This document shows, one piece after another, positions 27,801 through 37,498 of a stretch of DNA of 64,000 nucleotides. Position numbers and translations under genes: made by a program. Numbering within the stretch: position 1 is the stretch's first letter; the number at the start of each line of letters is the position of its first letter. Source of the DNA: Balneola sp. (lineage in GTDB: Bacteria; Bacteroidota; Rhodothermia; Balneolales; Balneolaceae); assembly GCA_965215865.1 (NCBI GenBank), contig OZ244125.1, positions 2,525,093-2,589,092 of the forward strand. The letters run 5' to 3'. The notes under the pieces are model-generated. The model ran no database searches. It worked only from the letters and a program-made list of their open reading frames with translations, and was not told the origin of the DNA.

Positions 27801-30245
27801 ATGTTTAGAAATTATTTAAAAATTACCCTTAGAAATCTCTGGAAAAATAAGAGTTATTCTTTTATAAATATTTTTGGTCTCGCTGTTGGTTTGGCAAGCT
27901 GTATTGTGATTTTGTTATATGTAACAAATGAATTGAGCTACGACAAACATCACAAAAAAGCAGACAGAATTGCCAGGGTAGTTTCCTTTATTGATTTCTC
28001 AGGCAGTTATTTAGAGCTGGCTACAACCTCTGCCCCAATGGGACCCACATTAAAAAATGACTACGCTGATGTTGAAGATATGGTTCGTTTCAGACCCAGA
28101 GGAGAATTTCATGTCCGCTCAGGAGATACAAATATCAAAGAAACAGACATCATATTTAGTGATCCTAGCGTCTTTAATGTTTTCACAATTCCGGTAATTC
28201 ATGGTGATGCTGAGACCGCGCTTTCAGAGCCATACACGATGGCCATCTCCAAATCAAAAGCGCTGAAATATTTTGGGAAAGAAAATGTGGTTGGGGAGTC
28301 ATTGTTGCTGGATGATGAGCATTCTTACAAGATTACAGCAATCTATGAAGACATGCCCCCTGCCTCCCATTTCAATTTCGAGTTTCTTCTTTCAATGGAA
28401 ACAAACTCAGATGAAGCTAACAATGGTGTCTGGCTTAGTAATAACTTCAGAACGTATTTACTGCTCAAAGAAGGAACTGATTTAAAAGCTTTTGAAGAGA
28501 ACTTTAAAAGCATCAAAAAAACTTACGTAGAGCCACAGTTAATTCAGTTTACCGGTAATGGACTTGACGAATTTGAGGAAGCCGGAAACAGTTTGCGTTA
28601 CGAGCTCCAGCCACTTACTGATATTCATCTTCATTCAGGTTTAGTTGCTGAATTTAAGCCGAATGGAAATATAAACTATGTATTTCTCTTCTCAGGTCTG
28701 GCCGTTTTTATTCTTATTCTGGCTTGTATCAATTTTATGAATCTTTCTACTGCACGTTCAGTGAAAAGAGCCAAAGAAGTTGGTATCCGTAAATCCTTAG
28801 GTTCGCTGAGAAAACAATTAGTTGGTCAGTTCTTTACCGAATCTATGTTGTTATGTCTTTTCTCTTTTTTGATTGCTCTCCTGCTTGTAGAACTAACCCT
28901 TCCTTTCTTCAGTAATTTGTCAGGAACCCATCTTGTTACAAATTATTTTTCTGACAGTACTTTAATTACTTCTATTATAGGTATAGTCCTGATTACCGGG
29001 TTGCTGTCAGGAAGTTACCCGGCCATCATGCTTTCAGGTTTCAAACCGATTAAGGTCTTAAAAGGAGCTTTTCAACATAAGGAAAAGAGTAAATTCAGAA
29101 GTACGTTAGTGGTTTTTCAGTTCAGTGTTTCTTTAGTAGTGATTATCGGCTTACTGGTTATCAATAAGCAGCTGGAATTTATCCAAAATCAATCTTTAGG
29201 ATTCCAGAAAGAACAAACAGTTATTGTTCATGATGCTTATATGCTTAGCTCCAATCTTCAGGCCTACAAAGATCAATTATTAAACGAACAAGAGTTTAAG
29301 AGTTCCACTGTTTCCAGCTATTTGCCCGTAAACGGATTTTCTATGAACGACCAGACCTTCTGGCCTAAAGGAGAAGATCCGATTCAGGGGAATAACTCAT
29401 CTATGCAGGTTTGGCGTGTTGATGAAGATTATATTCCAACATTGGGAATGGAAATTATTGAAGGCAGGAATTTTTCTAAAGAAAGAGGATCGGATGAAAA
29501 TACTGTAATTCTAAATGAAGCGTTAGCTCAACGATTTGGTTTTGAAGACCCTATTGGAGAAATAATTACAACCTTAACACAAAATCCGGATGGCTCTTTT
29601 GATAATGAAAACCTGAGGGAGTTCACCATTATAGGTGTGGTAAAAAACTTCCATTTCAGATCTCTTAAAGAGAATATTAGTCCACTTGGACTTTTCAAAG
29701 GTCAGAGTCGTGGTAACGTTGTTTTTAAAATTGACACTGAAAACGCTGCTATAGCACTTTCCAAGCTTGAAAATACATGGACTGAAATGGCTCCGGGTCA
29801 ACCTTTCAGCTATTCTTTTTTAGATGACCGGTTTGATCAAATGTACAGATCTGAGAACCGTGTCAGCAATCTGGTATTTGCTTTTTCAGTCTTGATCATT
29901 GTTATCGCTTGTCTTGGTTTGTTCGGACTTTCTGCGTACAGCGCTGAACAACGCACCAAAGAAATTGGAATCCGGAAAGTACTCGGTGCAAATGTAGCAG
30001 GAATCGTTTCACTTGTATCACGTGATTTTATAAAACTGATCCTGATCAGCTTTTTTATTGCAGCTCCTATTGGATATTTCATCATGCAAAAGTGGCTGAC
30101 AGAATTCACTTACAAAACCAATATCGGTTTTGATGTTTTTCTGATTTCAGGGATTGGAATAGTTGTGATTGCTGTCATTACAGTAAGCTGGCAATCAGTA
30201 AAAGCCGCTCTTGCAAATCCGGTCAAATCACTGAAAAGTGAATAA
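27801..30245 (+). CDS. ABC transporter permease, duplicated MacB_PCD + FtsX modules, paralog 4
   Basis: 814 aa. MFRNYLKITLRNLWKNK. KRAKEVGIRKSLGS and QRTKEIGIRKVLGA. C-terminus NPVKSLKSE. Confidence 0.9.
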   Translation: MFRNYLKITLRNLWKNKSYSFINIFGLAVGLASCIVILLYVTNELSYDKHHKKADRIARVVSFIDFSGSYLELATTSAPMGPTLKNDYADVEDMVRFRPRGEFHVRSGDTNIKETDIIFSDPSVFNVFTIPVIHGDAETALSEPYTMAISKSKALKYFGKENVVGESLLLDDEHSYKITAIYEDMPPASHFNFEFLLSMETNSDEANNGVWLSNNFRTYLLLKEGTDLKAFEENFKSIKKTYVEPQLIQFTGNGLDEFEEAGNSLRYELQPLTDIHLHSGLVAEFKPNGNINYVFLFSGLAVFILILACINFMNLSTARSVKRAKEVGIRKSLGSLRKQLVGQFFTESMLLCLFSFLIALLLVELTLPFFSNLSGTHLVTNYFSDSTLITSIIGIVLITGLLSGSYPAIMLSGFKPIKVLKGAFQHKEKSKFRSTLVVFQFSVSLVVIIGLLVINKQLEFIQNQSLGFQKEQTVIVHDAYMLSSNLQAYKDQLLNEQEFKSSTVSSYLPVNGFSMNDQTFWPKGEDPIQGNNSSMQVWRVDEDYIPTLGMEIIEGRNFSKERGSDENTVILNEALAQRFGFEDPIGEIITTLTQNPDGSFDNENLREFTIIGVVKNFHFRSLKENISPLGLFKGQSRGNVVFKIDTENAAIALSKLENTWTEMAPGQPFSYSFLDDRFDQMYRSENRVSNLVFAFSVLIIVIACLGLFGLSAYSAEQRTKEIGIRKVLGANVAGIVSLVSRDFIKLILISFFIAAPIGYFIMQKWLTEFTYKTNIGFDVFLISGIGIVVIAVITVSWQSVKAALANPVKSLKSE

Positions 30246-30262
30246 AGTTACAAAATAAATAC

Positions 30263-30949
30263 ATGATCAAACTCAGAAACATAGACCGATACATCGACAA
30301 ACGACTTCAGCGAAATTTCATCCTTAAAGGAATTGATCTTGATATCGCTGAAGGTGATTTTGTAAGTATCATGGGACCAAGCGGAGCCGGGAAATCTACA
30401 TTGCTTAATATTATTGGTTTTCTGGATGACGCCAATGAAGGCGAGTATTATTTTCTTGACGAGCCCGTTCACAGTCTGAATGAAAAGCAAAAGTCGGAAT
30501 ATCACCGATCTTATATTGGTTTTGTTTTTCAGGCTTATCATTTGATTGATGAACTTACGGTCTATGAAAACATTGAAATGCCTCTCCTCTATCGAACAGT
30601 GAAAGGCAGTCAGCGCAAAAGTATGGTGGCTGAAATGCTGGATCGATTTAATATTGTGGCTAAAAAAGATCTGTTTCCAAATCAGCTCTCCGGTGGACAA
30701 CAACAATTGGTTGGAGTAGCACGAGCTTTGATCGGGAGCCCTAAACTTATCTTAGCTGACGAACCGACCGGTAACCTGCATTCAGATCAAAGCAAAGAGA
30801 TCATGGAAACCTTTAAGAAATTAAATAAAGAAGACGGAGTTACTATTATTCAGGTAACTCATTCTGATGAAATGGCGTCTTATGGAGATCGGATCATCAA
30901 TCTTCAGGATGGTGCTGTCACTGAAAACAATCCTTATGAAGAGGAATGA
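30263..30949 (+). CDS. ABC transporter ATP-binding protein (MacB/LolD type), copy 2
   Basis: Walker [10 protein letters not shown], signature [14 protein letters not shown], Walker [12 protein letters not shown]-loop VTHS. Confidence 0.9.
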   Translation: MIKLRNIDRYIDKRLQRNFILKGIDLDIAEGDFVSIMGPSGAGKSTLLNIIGFLDDANEGEYYFLDEPVHSLNEKQKSEYHRSYIGFVFQAYHLIDELTVYENIEMPLLYRTVKGSQRKSMVAEMLDRFNIVAKKDLFPNQLSGGQQQLVGVARALIGSPKLILADEPTGNLHSDQSKEIMETFKKLNKEDGVTIIQVTHSDEMASYGDRIINLQDGAVTENNPYEEE

Positions 30950-31224
30950 TCATGCAAAACGTAAGAGTACAATTCACTATACCTAATGTAGAAAAAGTTG
31001 CTAACCTTGATATTCACGTTAACGGAGAACAGAAAAGTCTTAAATTTCGGGTTGAAACTTTCGACTGGGATTCTGATAATGGCAGTTCTGAAGATCTGGT
31101 AAATATTCTTAGAGACCGAATCCAAAATTATGATTCTCAATGGGAATTATATCATATTGGTGCTCCGCAAGAACATAGTATACCTGTTACATTTCGATTC
31201 AATGAAAATAATTCTGAGAACTAA
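30946..31224 (+). CDS. Small acidic hypothetical protein (92 aa), translationally coupled to ATPase 2
   Basis: The ATG overlaps the ATPase stop (aATGAtcATG), and GAGGA lies just upstream. No TM helix, signal peptide or recognisable motif. Its 3' end overlaps the next gene by 23 nt. Confidence 0.45.
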   Translation: MIMQNVRVQFTIPNVEKVANLDIHVNGEQKSLKFRVETFDWDSDNGSSEDLVNILRDRIQNYDSQWELYHIGAPQEHSIPVTFRFNENNSEN

Positions 31225-32242
31225 GTTTTTTATAAAAATCAGTATTCTCCTTTTGGTGTGCTTTTTTTTAGTTGATTCAGAGCTGAAAAGTCAATCTATT
31301 GATGGATCTGAACTAAACTCCATCTCCCAAAAAGCGGAACAGATTGAACGGATTCGGACCCTTATAATTCATCAAAATGGTGAAACACTCACAGAAAAAT
31401 CCTTTAATGGGAGAGATCTGAACCATCCTTTTAATATTAAATCGGCCTCTAAAAGTATTATTGGTTTATTAACGGGAATTGCCATTGAAAAAGGAATCAT
31501 TCCTTCCATCGAAGAACCTATAAAAACGTATTTCCCTGAATATTTTGAAGAAAATCCGGACTCCATTAAAGAAACTATAACCATCCGCAATTTACTGACT
31601 ATGCAAACTGGATTGAGATCAACAAGCTCCGGCAACTATGGCGCATGGGTAATTAGTGATAATTGGGTCGAATATGCCCTGGATCAGGATTTTGTGTCTC
31701 AAATAGACGGAAGAATGGTCTATAGTACCGGAACCTCTCACCTTCTATCTGTTATTATTTCGAAAGCAAGTGGAATGTCTACAAAGGCATTTGCTGAAAA
31801 ATATCTATTCGGTCCTATGAACATTCGTGTGGGCGGTTGGGATAAAGATCCACAGGGAAATTATATGGGTGGAAATAATCTTGCTTTAAAACCTGCTGAT
31901 TTACTTAAGATCGGTCAATTAATGCTCGACAATGGAAGATATGATGATGAACAGCTCATTTCAAAAGATTGGGTGAGTGATTCATTCGGCACATATACCT
32001 ACAGCAACTATAATCCATATGGATACGGATATCAATGGTGGAACCAAACTATTGGTGGCTATAAAACTTTTTTTGCCTGGGGAAGCGGTGGGCAGTATAT
32101 ATTTATAATCCCTGAATTAGAAACAGTTGTGGTAATCACTTCTTCGACAGCAACTACAGATCGTAGTAGAAGTTATAAGACGCCTGTCTTTGAGCTTGTT
32201 CAATTTAATATAATCCCTTTTCTTGAAGCACGTATTAACTGA
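31202..32242 (+). CDS. Beta-lactamase-family serine hydrolase (class C / PBP4*-like / esterase)
   Basis: N-terminal signal or anchor (KFFIKISILLLVCFFLV). SxxK motif SASK. YSTGTSH (second motif region). WGSGGQY (KTG-equivalent). ATG at 31202 is preferred over the start at 31130. Confidence 0.8.
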   Translation: MKIILRTKFFIKISILLLVCFFLVDSELKSQSIDGSELNSISQKAEQIERIRTLIIHQNGETLTEKSFNGRDLNHPFNIKSASKSIIGLLTGIAIEKGIIPSIEEPIKTYFPEYFEENPDSIKETITIRNLLTMQTGLRSTSSGNYGAWVISDNWVEYALDQDFVSQIDGRMVYSTGTSHLLSVIISKASGMSTKAFAEKYLFGPMNIRVGGWDKDPQGNYMGGNNLALKPADLLKIGQLMLDNGRYDDEQLISKDWVSDSFGTYTYSNYNPYGYGYQWWNQTIGGYKTFFAWGSGGQYIFIIPELETVVVITSSTATTDRSRSYKTPVFELVQFNIIPFLEARIN

Positions 32243-32453
32243 CAAAGGAATTATTTAATTAGAAACCAGACAACAGAAAGACATTTTTATATCAAGTTAC
32301 CTGTGTATTAGCTAATTATTTATTATTTGTAACAATCACTTCTTACGTTACTCTATTACCTGTACGAGAATAAATTTCTCAGGGGAACAAAAAAATAACC
32401 GGCTTAGGTATTTGTAGCAAATTTTCTGAGTTGCTGTCTGTCAGGATTCATGC

Positions 32454-34916
32454 ATGTTTAAAAACTATATTAAGATTGCAATAAGGAATCTCCTTAAGAA
32501 TAGGGTGTATTCTCTTATAAATATTTTAGGATTATCTATTGGTCTTGCAACAAGCTTGCTGATATTGTTATATGTAGTAAATGAATGGAACTATGATCAA
32601 TTTCACAGTAAGTCTGAGCGGATTTTTCGGGTTGTTCAGACAATGGAATCTGAAAATAATAGTGAAGCAGACGCTTCTACACCCTTTCTTCTGGGACCTG
32701 TTTTAGACGCCGAATTCCCTGAACTGATTGAAAGTACAGTTCGGTTTTATAATCTGCAGGACGAATCTCATACCTTCAGGAACAAACAAAAAGGAGTCTC
32801 TTTTAAGGAAACGAATTTTTATTTCGTTGATTCTACTTTTTTTAACGTTTTTTCTGCGGGTCTCATTAGAGGAAATTCATCTGAAGTTTTAAAAAACCCC
32901 GGCTCACTTGTTATCAGTGAAGAACTATCTGAAAAGTACTTTGGTAACGAAGATCCTGTTGGCAAAACACTTAATTATAAAGGTATTCTTGATCTGACCG
33001 TAACCGGTATTATGAAAACATGGCCGGATCAATCTCATATGGATATTGATCTTATTGCTTCCTTTAGCAGCGTTAATTCAATCTACGAAGCGGATCAGGA
33101 ATATGATCAGAGTTGGCTCTGGAACCCCATTTGGACTTACCTACTTCTCAATAAGGGAGTTGATGCTGATGATATGGAAGCTCAATTCTCTACAATCGAA
33201 GAAAATTATTTTTACGCTTATTCAGGTTGGCCGGCAGATGAAGAAGTAACTCTTTCTCTTCAGCCTATCACTGATATTCATTTGCACTCCGCTCTTGAAC
33301 AGGAAATGGAAATAAACAGCTCTATTGTTTATCTGTATATATTGTTAGTTGTAGCAGGATTTATCCTGATCATTGCCTGCATAAACTTTATGAATTTATC
33401 TACCGCCCGTTCTCTGGAACGTAGCAGGGAAGTTGGAATGAGAAAAGTACTGGGAGGCTACAGAAAGCAATTATTCTATCAATTTATTGGGGAATCTTTC
33501 CTTATATGCCTGATTGCAATAGTAATCGGTATTTTAATGGTTTTTGCTTCCTTACCTTACTTTGGAGAAATGGTTGGAAAAGATCTTTCATTAAATCTTT
33601 TCTCACATTTTGCAATTATCCCGGGACTTCTGCTACTCACTATATTTGTGGGATTATTTGCCGGATCTTACCCTGCTATTTATCTCTCCTCCTTTGAGCC
33701 TGTACAAGTATTGAAAGGTTCCATTGTACAAGGAAGAAAAAGCGCCCTGTTCCGTAAAATGTTAGTCACCTTCCAGTTTACTCTTTCGATAATTTTAATT
33801 ATTGGCACCGCGGTTATTTATAAACAGATCCAGTTTATTCAGGAAAAAGACCTGGGGTTTGATGAAAGTTCAGTTATACTGCTCCCAACCAAACAAAACC
33901 TCATAGCTTGGGAGTTTGAAACCTTTAAAGAGCGTGTACTTTCATTTTCACAAATCGAATCCATGACCGGCTTAAGTAAAGTGATTGGCTCCGAAAAACA
34001 GGAAAACTACCATTATGTACCGGAAAAGTTTGGTGAAAGCAATGATGAATTAAATCTCGCATTTCATACAACACATGACTTGGTAGAAACTTTTGATCTG
34101 AAACTAATTGCCGGCCGGTCTTTTTCCAAAGATTTTCCAACTGATGCGGAGCAGGCCGTACTGATCAATCGTAAAATGCTGGAAAAGCTGGAGCTGAATA
34201 ACCCCGATGAAGCTTTAGGAGAAGTATTCTACTTTTACCCTAAGGATGGTGGAAGAAAAGCTAAGTCAGTAATTGGTGTTTTGGAAGACTTCAATTACGC
34301 CTCGCTAAAAAGAGAAATTGAGCCACTTACTATTTCATTAGTCGAGGGCACCTTCCCCTTTTTGGGTTTTATAGAACACACAGCAGTGGAAATCGCTCCC
34401 GGAAATCCGAAAGAAGCACTAGCACATATAGAAGAAATTTGGAAAGAAATGAATCCGGTTGACCCATTCGAATTTCAGTTTCTAGATGATCGTTTAGCTG
34501 AGATCTATGAAGCCGAAGATACCATGAGTACACTTTCTATTGCTTTTTCGATACTCTGTATTCTTATTGCTTCTCTTGGGCTGCTTGGGCTGGCATCATA
34601 TTCCGCTCAGCTTAAGGAAAAAGAGATCGGGATCAGAAAAAGTCTTGGTGCCTCTGTTTCTGATATCGTTAAGTTATTGTCCAAAGACTTCCTGACTCTT
34701 ATTGCGATTGCAAATCTCATTGCCTGGCCACTCACTTTTATTATAGCACAAAATTGGCTGGAAAACTTTCCATATCGATTTAATATCGCAACAAACCTTC
34801 CTGTTATTTTTATAGGATCCGGTATTTTTATAATGATCATCGCCCTTGCAACGATCAGTTACCATGCTTTAAGAGCTGCTCTGGTTAATCCTGTTGATGC
34901 AATTCAAAATAATTAG
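32454..34916 (+). CDS. ABC transporter permease, duplicated MacB_PCD + FtsX modules, paralog 5
   Basis: 820 aa. MFKNYIKIAIRNLLKNR. ERSREVGMRKVLGG and LKEKEIGIRKSLGA. Divergent C-terminus NPVDAIQNN. Preceded by a 211-bp gap. Confidence 0.9.
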   Translation: MFKNYIKIAIRNLLKNRVYSLINILGLSIGLATSLLILLYVVNEWNYDQFHSKSERIFRVVQTMESENNSEADASTPFLLGPVLDAEFPELIESTVRFYNLQDESHTFRNKQKGVSFKETNFYFVDSTFFNVFSAGLIRGNSSEVLKNPGSLVISEELSEKYFGNEDPVGKTLNYKGILDLTVTGIMKTWPDQSHMDIDLIASFSSVNSIYEADQEYDQSWLWNPIWTYLLLNKGVDADDMEAQFSTIEENYFYAYSGWPADEEVTLSLQPITDIHLHSALEQEMEINSSIVYLYILLVVAGFILIIACINFMNLSTARSLERSREVGMRKVLGGYRKQLFYQFIGESFLICLIAIVIGILMVFASLPYFGEMVGKDLSLNLFSHFAIIPGLLLLTIFVGLFAGSYPAIYLSSFEPVQVLKGSIVQGRKSALFRKMLVTFQFTLSIILIIGTAVIYKQIQFIQEKDLGFDESSVILLPTKQNLIAWEFETFKERVLSFSQIESMTGLSKVIGSEKQENYHYVPEKFGESNDELNLAFHTTHDLVETFDLKLIAGRSFSKDFPTDAEQAVLINRKMLEKLELNNPDEALGEVFYFYPKDGGRKAKSVIGVLEDFNYASLKREIEPLTISLVEGTFPFLGFIEHTAVEIAPGNPKEALAHIEEIWKEMNPVDPFEFQFLDDRLAEIYEAEDTMSTLSIAFSILCILIASLGLLGLASYSAQLKEKEIGIRKSLGASVSDIVKLLSKDFLTLIAIANLIAWPLTFIIAQNWLENFPYRFNIATNLPVIFIGSGIFIMIIALATISYHALRAALVNPVDAIQNN

Positions 34917-34977
34917 GAAGACAGGTAATAAGCATTAATCCGAAACTGTTTTTTCTTTTTTATGGTTAAGTTCAGTG

Positions 34978-35856
34978 ATGGCAAATAAACTATCTCTTAC
35001 TGCATCCTACATAGCTGTAAAGTTTTACGGGTTGACATTAAATCCCAAAATCGCTTCTTTTTTCACCCCTTTTACAATCAGTTTCTATGAAAAGGTAGTG
35101 TCTTATTTGCCTGCCAAACTAAGCTGGAATCAGAAAGCATTCCGATCACGATTTTGGAGAAGTTTTTTTGTCTGGTGGGAAGAATTACTACTTCCCGGAG
35201 ATCTGATGCATATCATCTCCCGAAAATATTACGTTGAACATGCTGTTCAGAAAGCAATCAATGAGGGCTGTGAGCAACTTGTAATTCTTGGTTCAGGCTT
35301 TGATCATCTCGGATCATTATTTGCTGCTAAAAATATACCATCATTCGAGATAGATACTCCTTCCATGATTGAGCATAAACAGAGAATGCTTACTCAAAAT
35401 GATTTTAATTCAGAACATCTGAACTTGTGCCCTATTGACCCTGCCAACCAAAACATAAATGAAGTACTTTTAGAAACGGGTGAATTTGATCCCAATAAAA
35501 AAACCGTTTTTCTTGCGGAAGGCTTCTTCGATTATTTATCTCTTGATAGTACCCGGGCTATTTTGGACAACATTTCCTCTGCCGGTACGGATCTTAAACT
35601 GATCAGTACGTTTTTTGATCTCGGTGAATTGAACTTCTTCCATCGGTTTATGTTTACTAGCGGAGTAGCAATGGTTGGAGAGACATTAAAACTTCCCCTA
35701 AGCAGAAAAGAGTTTATTGCTCTGCTGAATGAGTTTGATATCAAAACTGAAAATGAAACTAGCTATTCAAAGATCGAACAGGAACTGATCTCAAAAATGG
35801 AAATTGACCTTCCGGTACTTAAAGGATTCTATATTCTGGAAAGCTCCAAATGTTAA
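34978..35856 (+). CDS. Class I SAM-dependent methyltransferase (leucine carboxyl / O-methyltransferase-like family)
   Basis: VILGSGFDHLG (motif I-like) and FLAEGFFDYL (typical of the LCM/TIGR00027-like family). ATG at 34978; a GTG at 34975 is also possible. Confidence 0.6.
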   Translation: MANKLSLTASYIAVKFYGLTLNPKIASFFTPFTISFYEKVVSYLPAKLSWNQKAFRSRFWRSFFVWWEELLLPGDLMHIISRKYYVEHAVQKAINEGCEQLVILGSGFDHLGSLFAAKNIPSFEIDTPSMIEHKQRMLTQNDFNSEHLNLCPIDPANQNINEVLLETGEFDPNKKTVFLAEGFFDYLSLDSTRAILDNISSAGTDLKLISTFFDLGELNFFHRFMFTSGVAMVGETLKLPLSRKEFIALLNEFDIKTENETSYSKIEQELISKMEIDLPVLKGFYILESSKC

Positions 35857-36807
35857 TTAGAATCTGAATTTCCGGTTCTTTACTGAATCTGTAGCTGAAC
35901 TATCAGTTTTTTCTTTATTATTTGAACTTACATCACTTAGCGAAAGACCTACTCGCGAAATCTGAATTCTATTTATGAAAGGTGCATCAAAAGTAAAAGA
36001 AGAATCTGTTTGTACCGAGTCTTGCACAACTTCAGGTTCTGGGTAATTGTAATAAGCAATTCCGCTCAGGTTCATCATATTCTTCAGTATCCAATCCTTT
36101 CTTTCCTTCACATATGGTGAAGCAGGCTCCACTCTCATTCTTTTAGGATTAGGAAGAACAGCAGCCATACGCGCCGACTCATCGTCTTTTAAAAGTTCAG
36201 CTTCTTTATTAAAAAAATGATCCGAAGCTTTTCCTACTCCATATATACCCGGACCAAATTCAGCTATATTCAGATAGACTTCCAACACACGTTCTTTTCC
36301 CCAAAGTGCATCTATGGTTAAAGCCAGTCCTGCTTCCACACCTTTTCTCACAAAGTTCTTATCGCTACTCAAAAAAAGGTTTTTAGCAACTTGTTGTGTG
36401 ATGGTACTGGCTCCACGGACTCTCACACCTTCTTCCATTTCCTGATACGCTTCAGCGATAGCCACCAGATCAATTCCTGGGTGTTCCCAAAACTTTTGAT
36501 CTTCTGATGCAACTACAGCCCATTTAATATTTTGCGGGATATCTTCATATTCTACCCATCTTTCTTTCAGGCTGTATCTTTCCACTCCGATCTCTTCCCA
36601 ATCTTCCTGAAGAGTAAATGCCGTAAAAGATGGATCCACCCATTTCAAAGACCAAAGCATTACAAAAGCCATTACAGTAAATACAACCAGACTTATTGAA
36701 GTCCACTTTAATGTCTTTTTTGTATAAACCCAGGTTTTTGCGGCAATTTCCTTAAAATCGGTTTTTTGCCCCTCATTTTCCGAATGTTCAAAATCTATGT
36801 GTTCCAT
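35857..36807 (-). CDS. mtgA: Monofunctional peptidoglycan glycosyltransferase (GT51) with an extended C-terminal tail
   Basis: TM anchor, then EDQKFWEHPGID, GASTITQQVAKNLFL, KERVLEVYLNIAEFG.GIYG and RMAAVLPNP. A low-complexity tail of about 70 aa follows. Confidence 0.88.
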   Translation of the reverse strand: MEHIDFEHSENEGQKTDFKEIAAKTWVYTKKTLKWTSISLVVFTVMAFVMLWSLKWVDPSFTAFTLQEDWEEIGVERYSLKERWVEYEDIPQNIKWAVVASEDQKFWEHPGIDLVAIAEAYQEMEEGVRVRGASTITQQVAKNLFLSSDKNFVRKGVEAGLALTIDALWGKERVLEVYLNIAEFGPGIYGVGKASDHFFNKEAELLKDDESARMAAVLPNPKRMRVEPASPYVKERKDWILKNMMNLSGIAYYNYPEPEVVQDSVQTDSSFTFDAPFINRIQISRVGLSLSDVSSNNKEKTDSSATDSVKNRKFRF

Positions 36808-36952
36808 ATGCTCTTATAGGCCTTTTAACAGATTTTGTTCTGTGATTTAATGATTTTGATTGAACTTTATGTAAACAAAATGGTGTATTCTTGGAGATCT
36901 TAAATAATTCGTTGCCAATTTAGTAGTGATAGTTCGAAGAATCATTGCCCTT

Positions 36953-37100
36953 AGTATTTAAGACGGAGAAGTGAGCGTGATCCGGAGGCGCCTGCGAAGC
37001 AGGAATAATCCTTTCTAGTGAAAAATCTAGAACTGCATCTGATCGAACGAAGACCTTTAGGATTATTCAGCGCAGGATCAGTGAGCCCGTCTTAAATACT
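36953..37100. repeat. 148-nt long imperfect inverted-repeat element (MITE-like, or a structured RNA candidate)
   Basis: Perfect 14-bp terminal arms agtatttaagacgg / ccgtcttaaatact. Inner arms cctgcg/cgcagg and gaataatcct/aggattattc. Apical hairpin ttctag-N8-ctagaa. Confidence 0.6.
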
Positions 37101-37498
37101 TCGGCTTGATCTTTTGCTACTTTTGTATCAAGACAAAAGTAGGTGGCTTTGTGCTAGGTTAAGCCTGTGAATAGAATCCCGTTTCTTTGTTCTATGTACT
37201 TTTGTGCCGATACTGAGCTTCCTCAGCACAGGCGCCAGTATCAAAAACTCCCGACAAGAATTATTGGTGCGAACTCCATTACATCGACTAATCATTACAA
37301 AAGGTCTACGTACGTATGATGCATATTCAAGAACCAGCCAGAAGTGTAATGATTGCTCCCGCGGAGCCGTCGATTTCATTGCGTTCTTTGCCCACCAATA
37401 ATTCTAAAGGTCGGTGTAATTGGAAGCTTTTTTCTAATCTCGTCAAGATTATAAAAAACAGGAACATTATTGGATAAATTATCCTCCTTCTACATAGA

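Noticed and set aside
30248-30706. 152-aa minus-strand ORF
   Set aside because: It lies antisense to ATPase 2, which has complete Walker, signature and H-loop motifs.
32399-32418. Second sigma54-like promoter upstream of permease 5 (ccggcttaggtatttgtagc)
   Set aside because: The GG to GC/TTGC spacing is wrong by one or more nucleotides, and both boxes are degenerate.
36808-37498. Possible tmRNA, RNase P RNA, SRP RNA or tRNA in the large non-coding gap
   Set aside because: I could not find the hallmark strings on either strand: a GGAAAGTCCGG-type P4 region, a tag-reading-frame ending in ALAA plus stop, a GGAAGCAGCC SRP motif, or a GTTCGAATC T-loop with a CCA-adjacent acceptor. It is kept only as an unassigned structured region.
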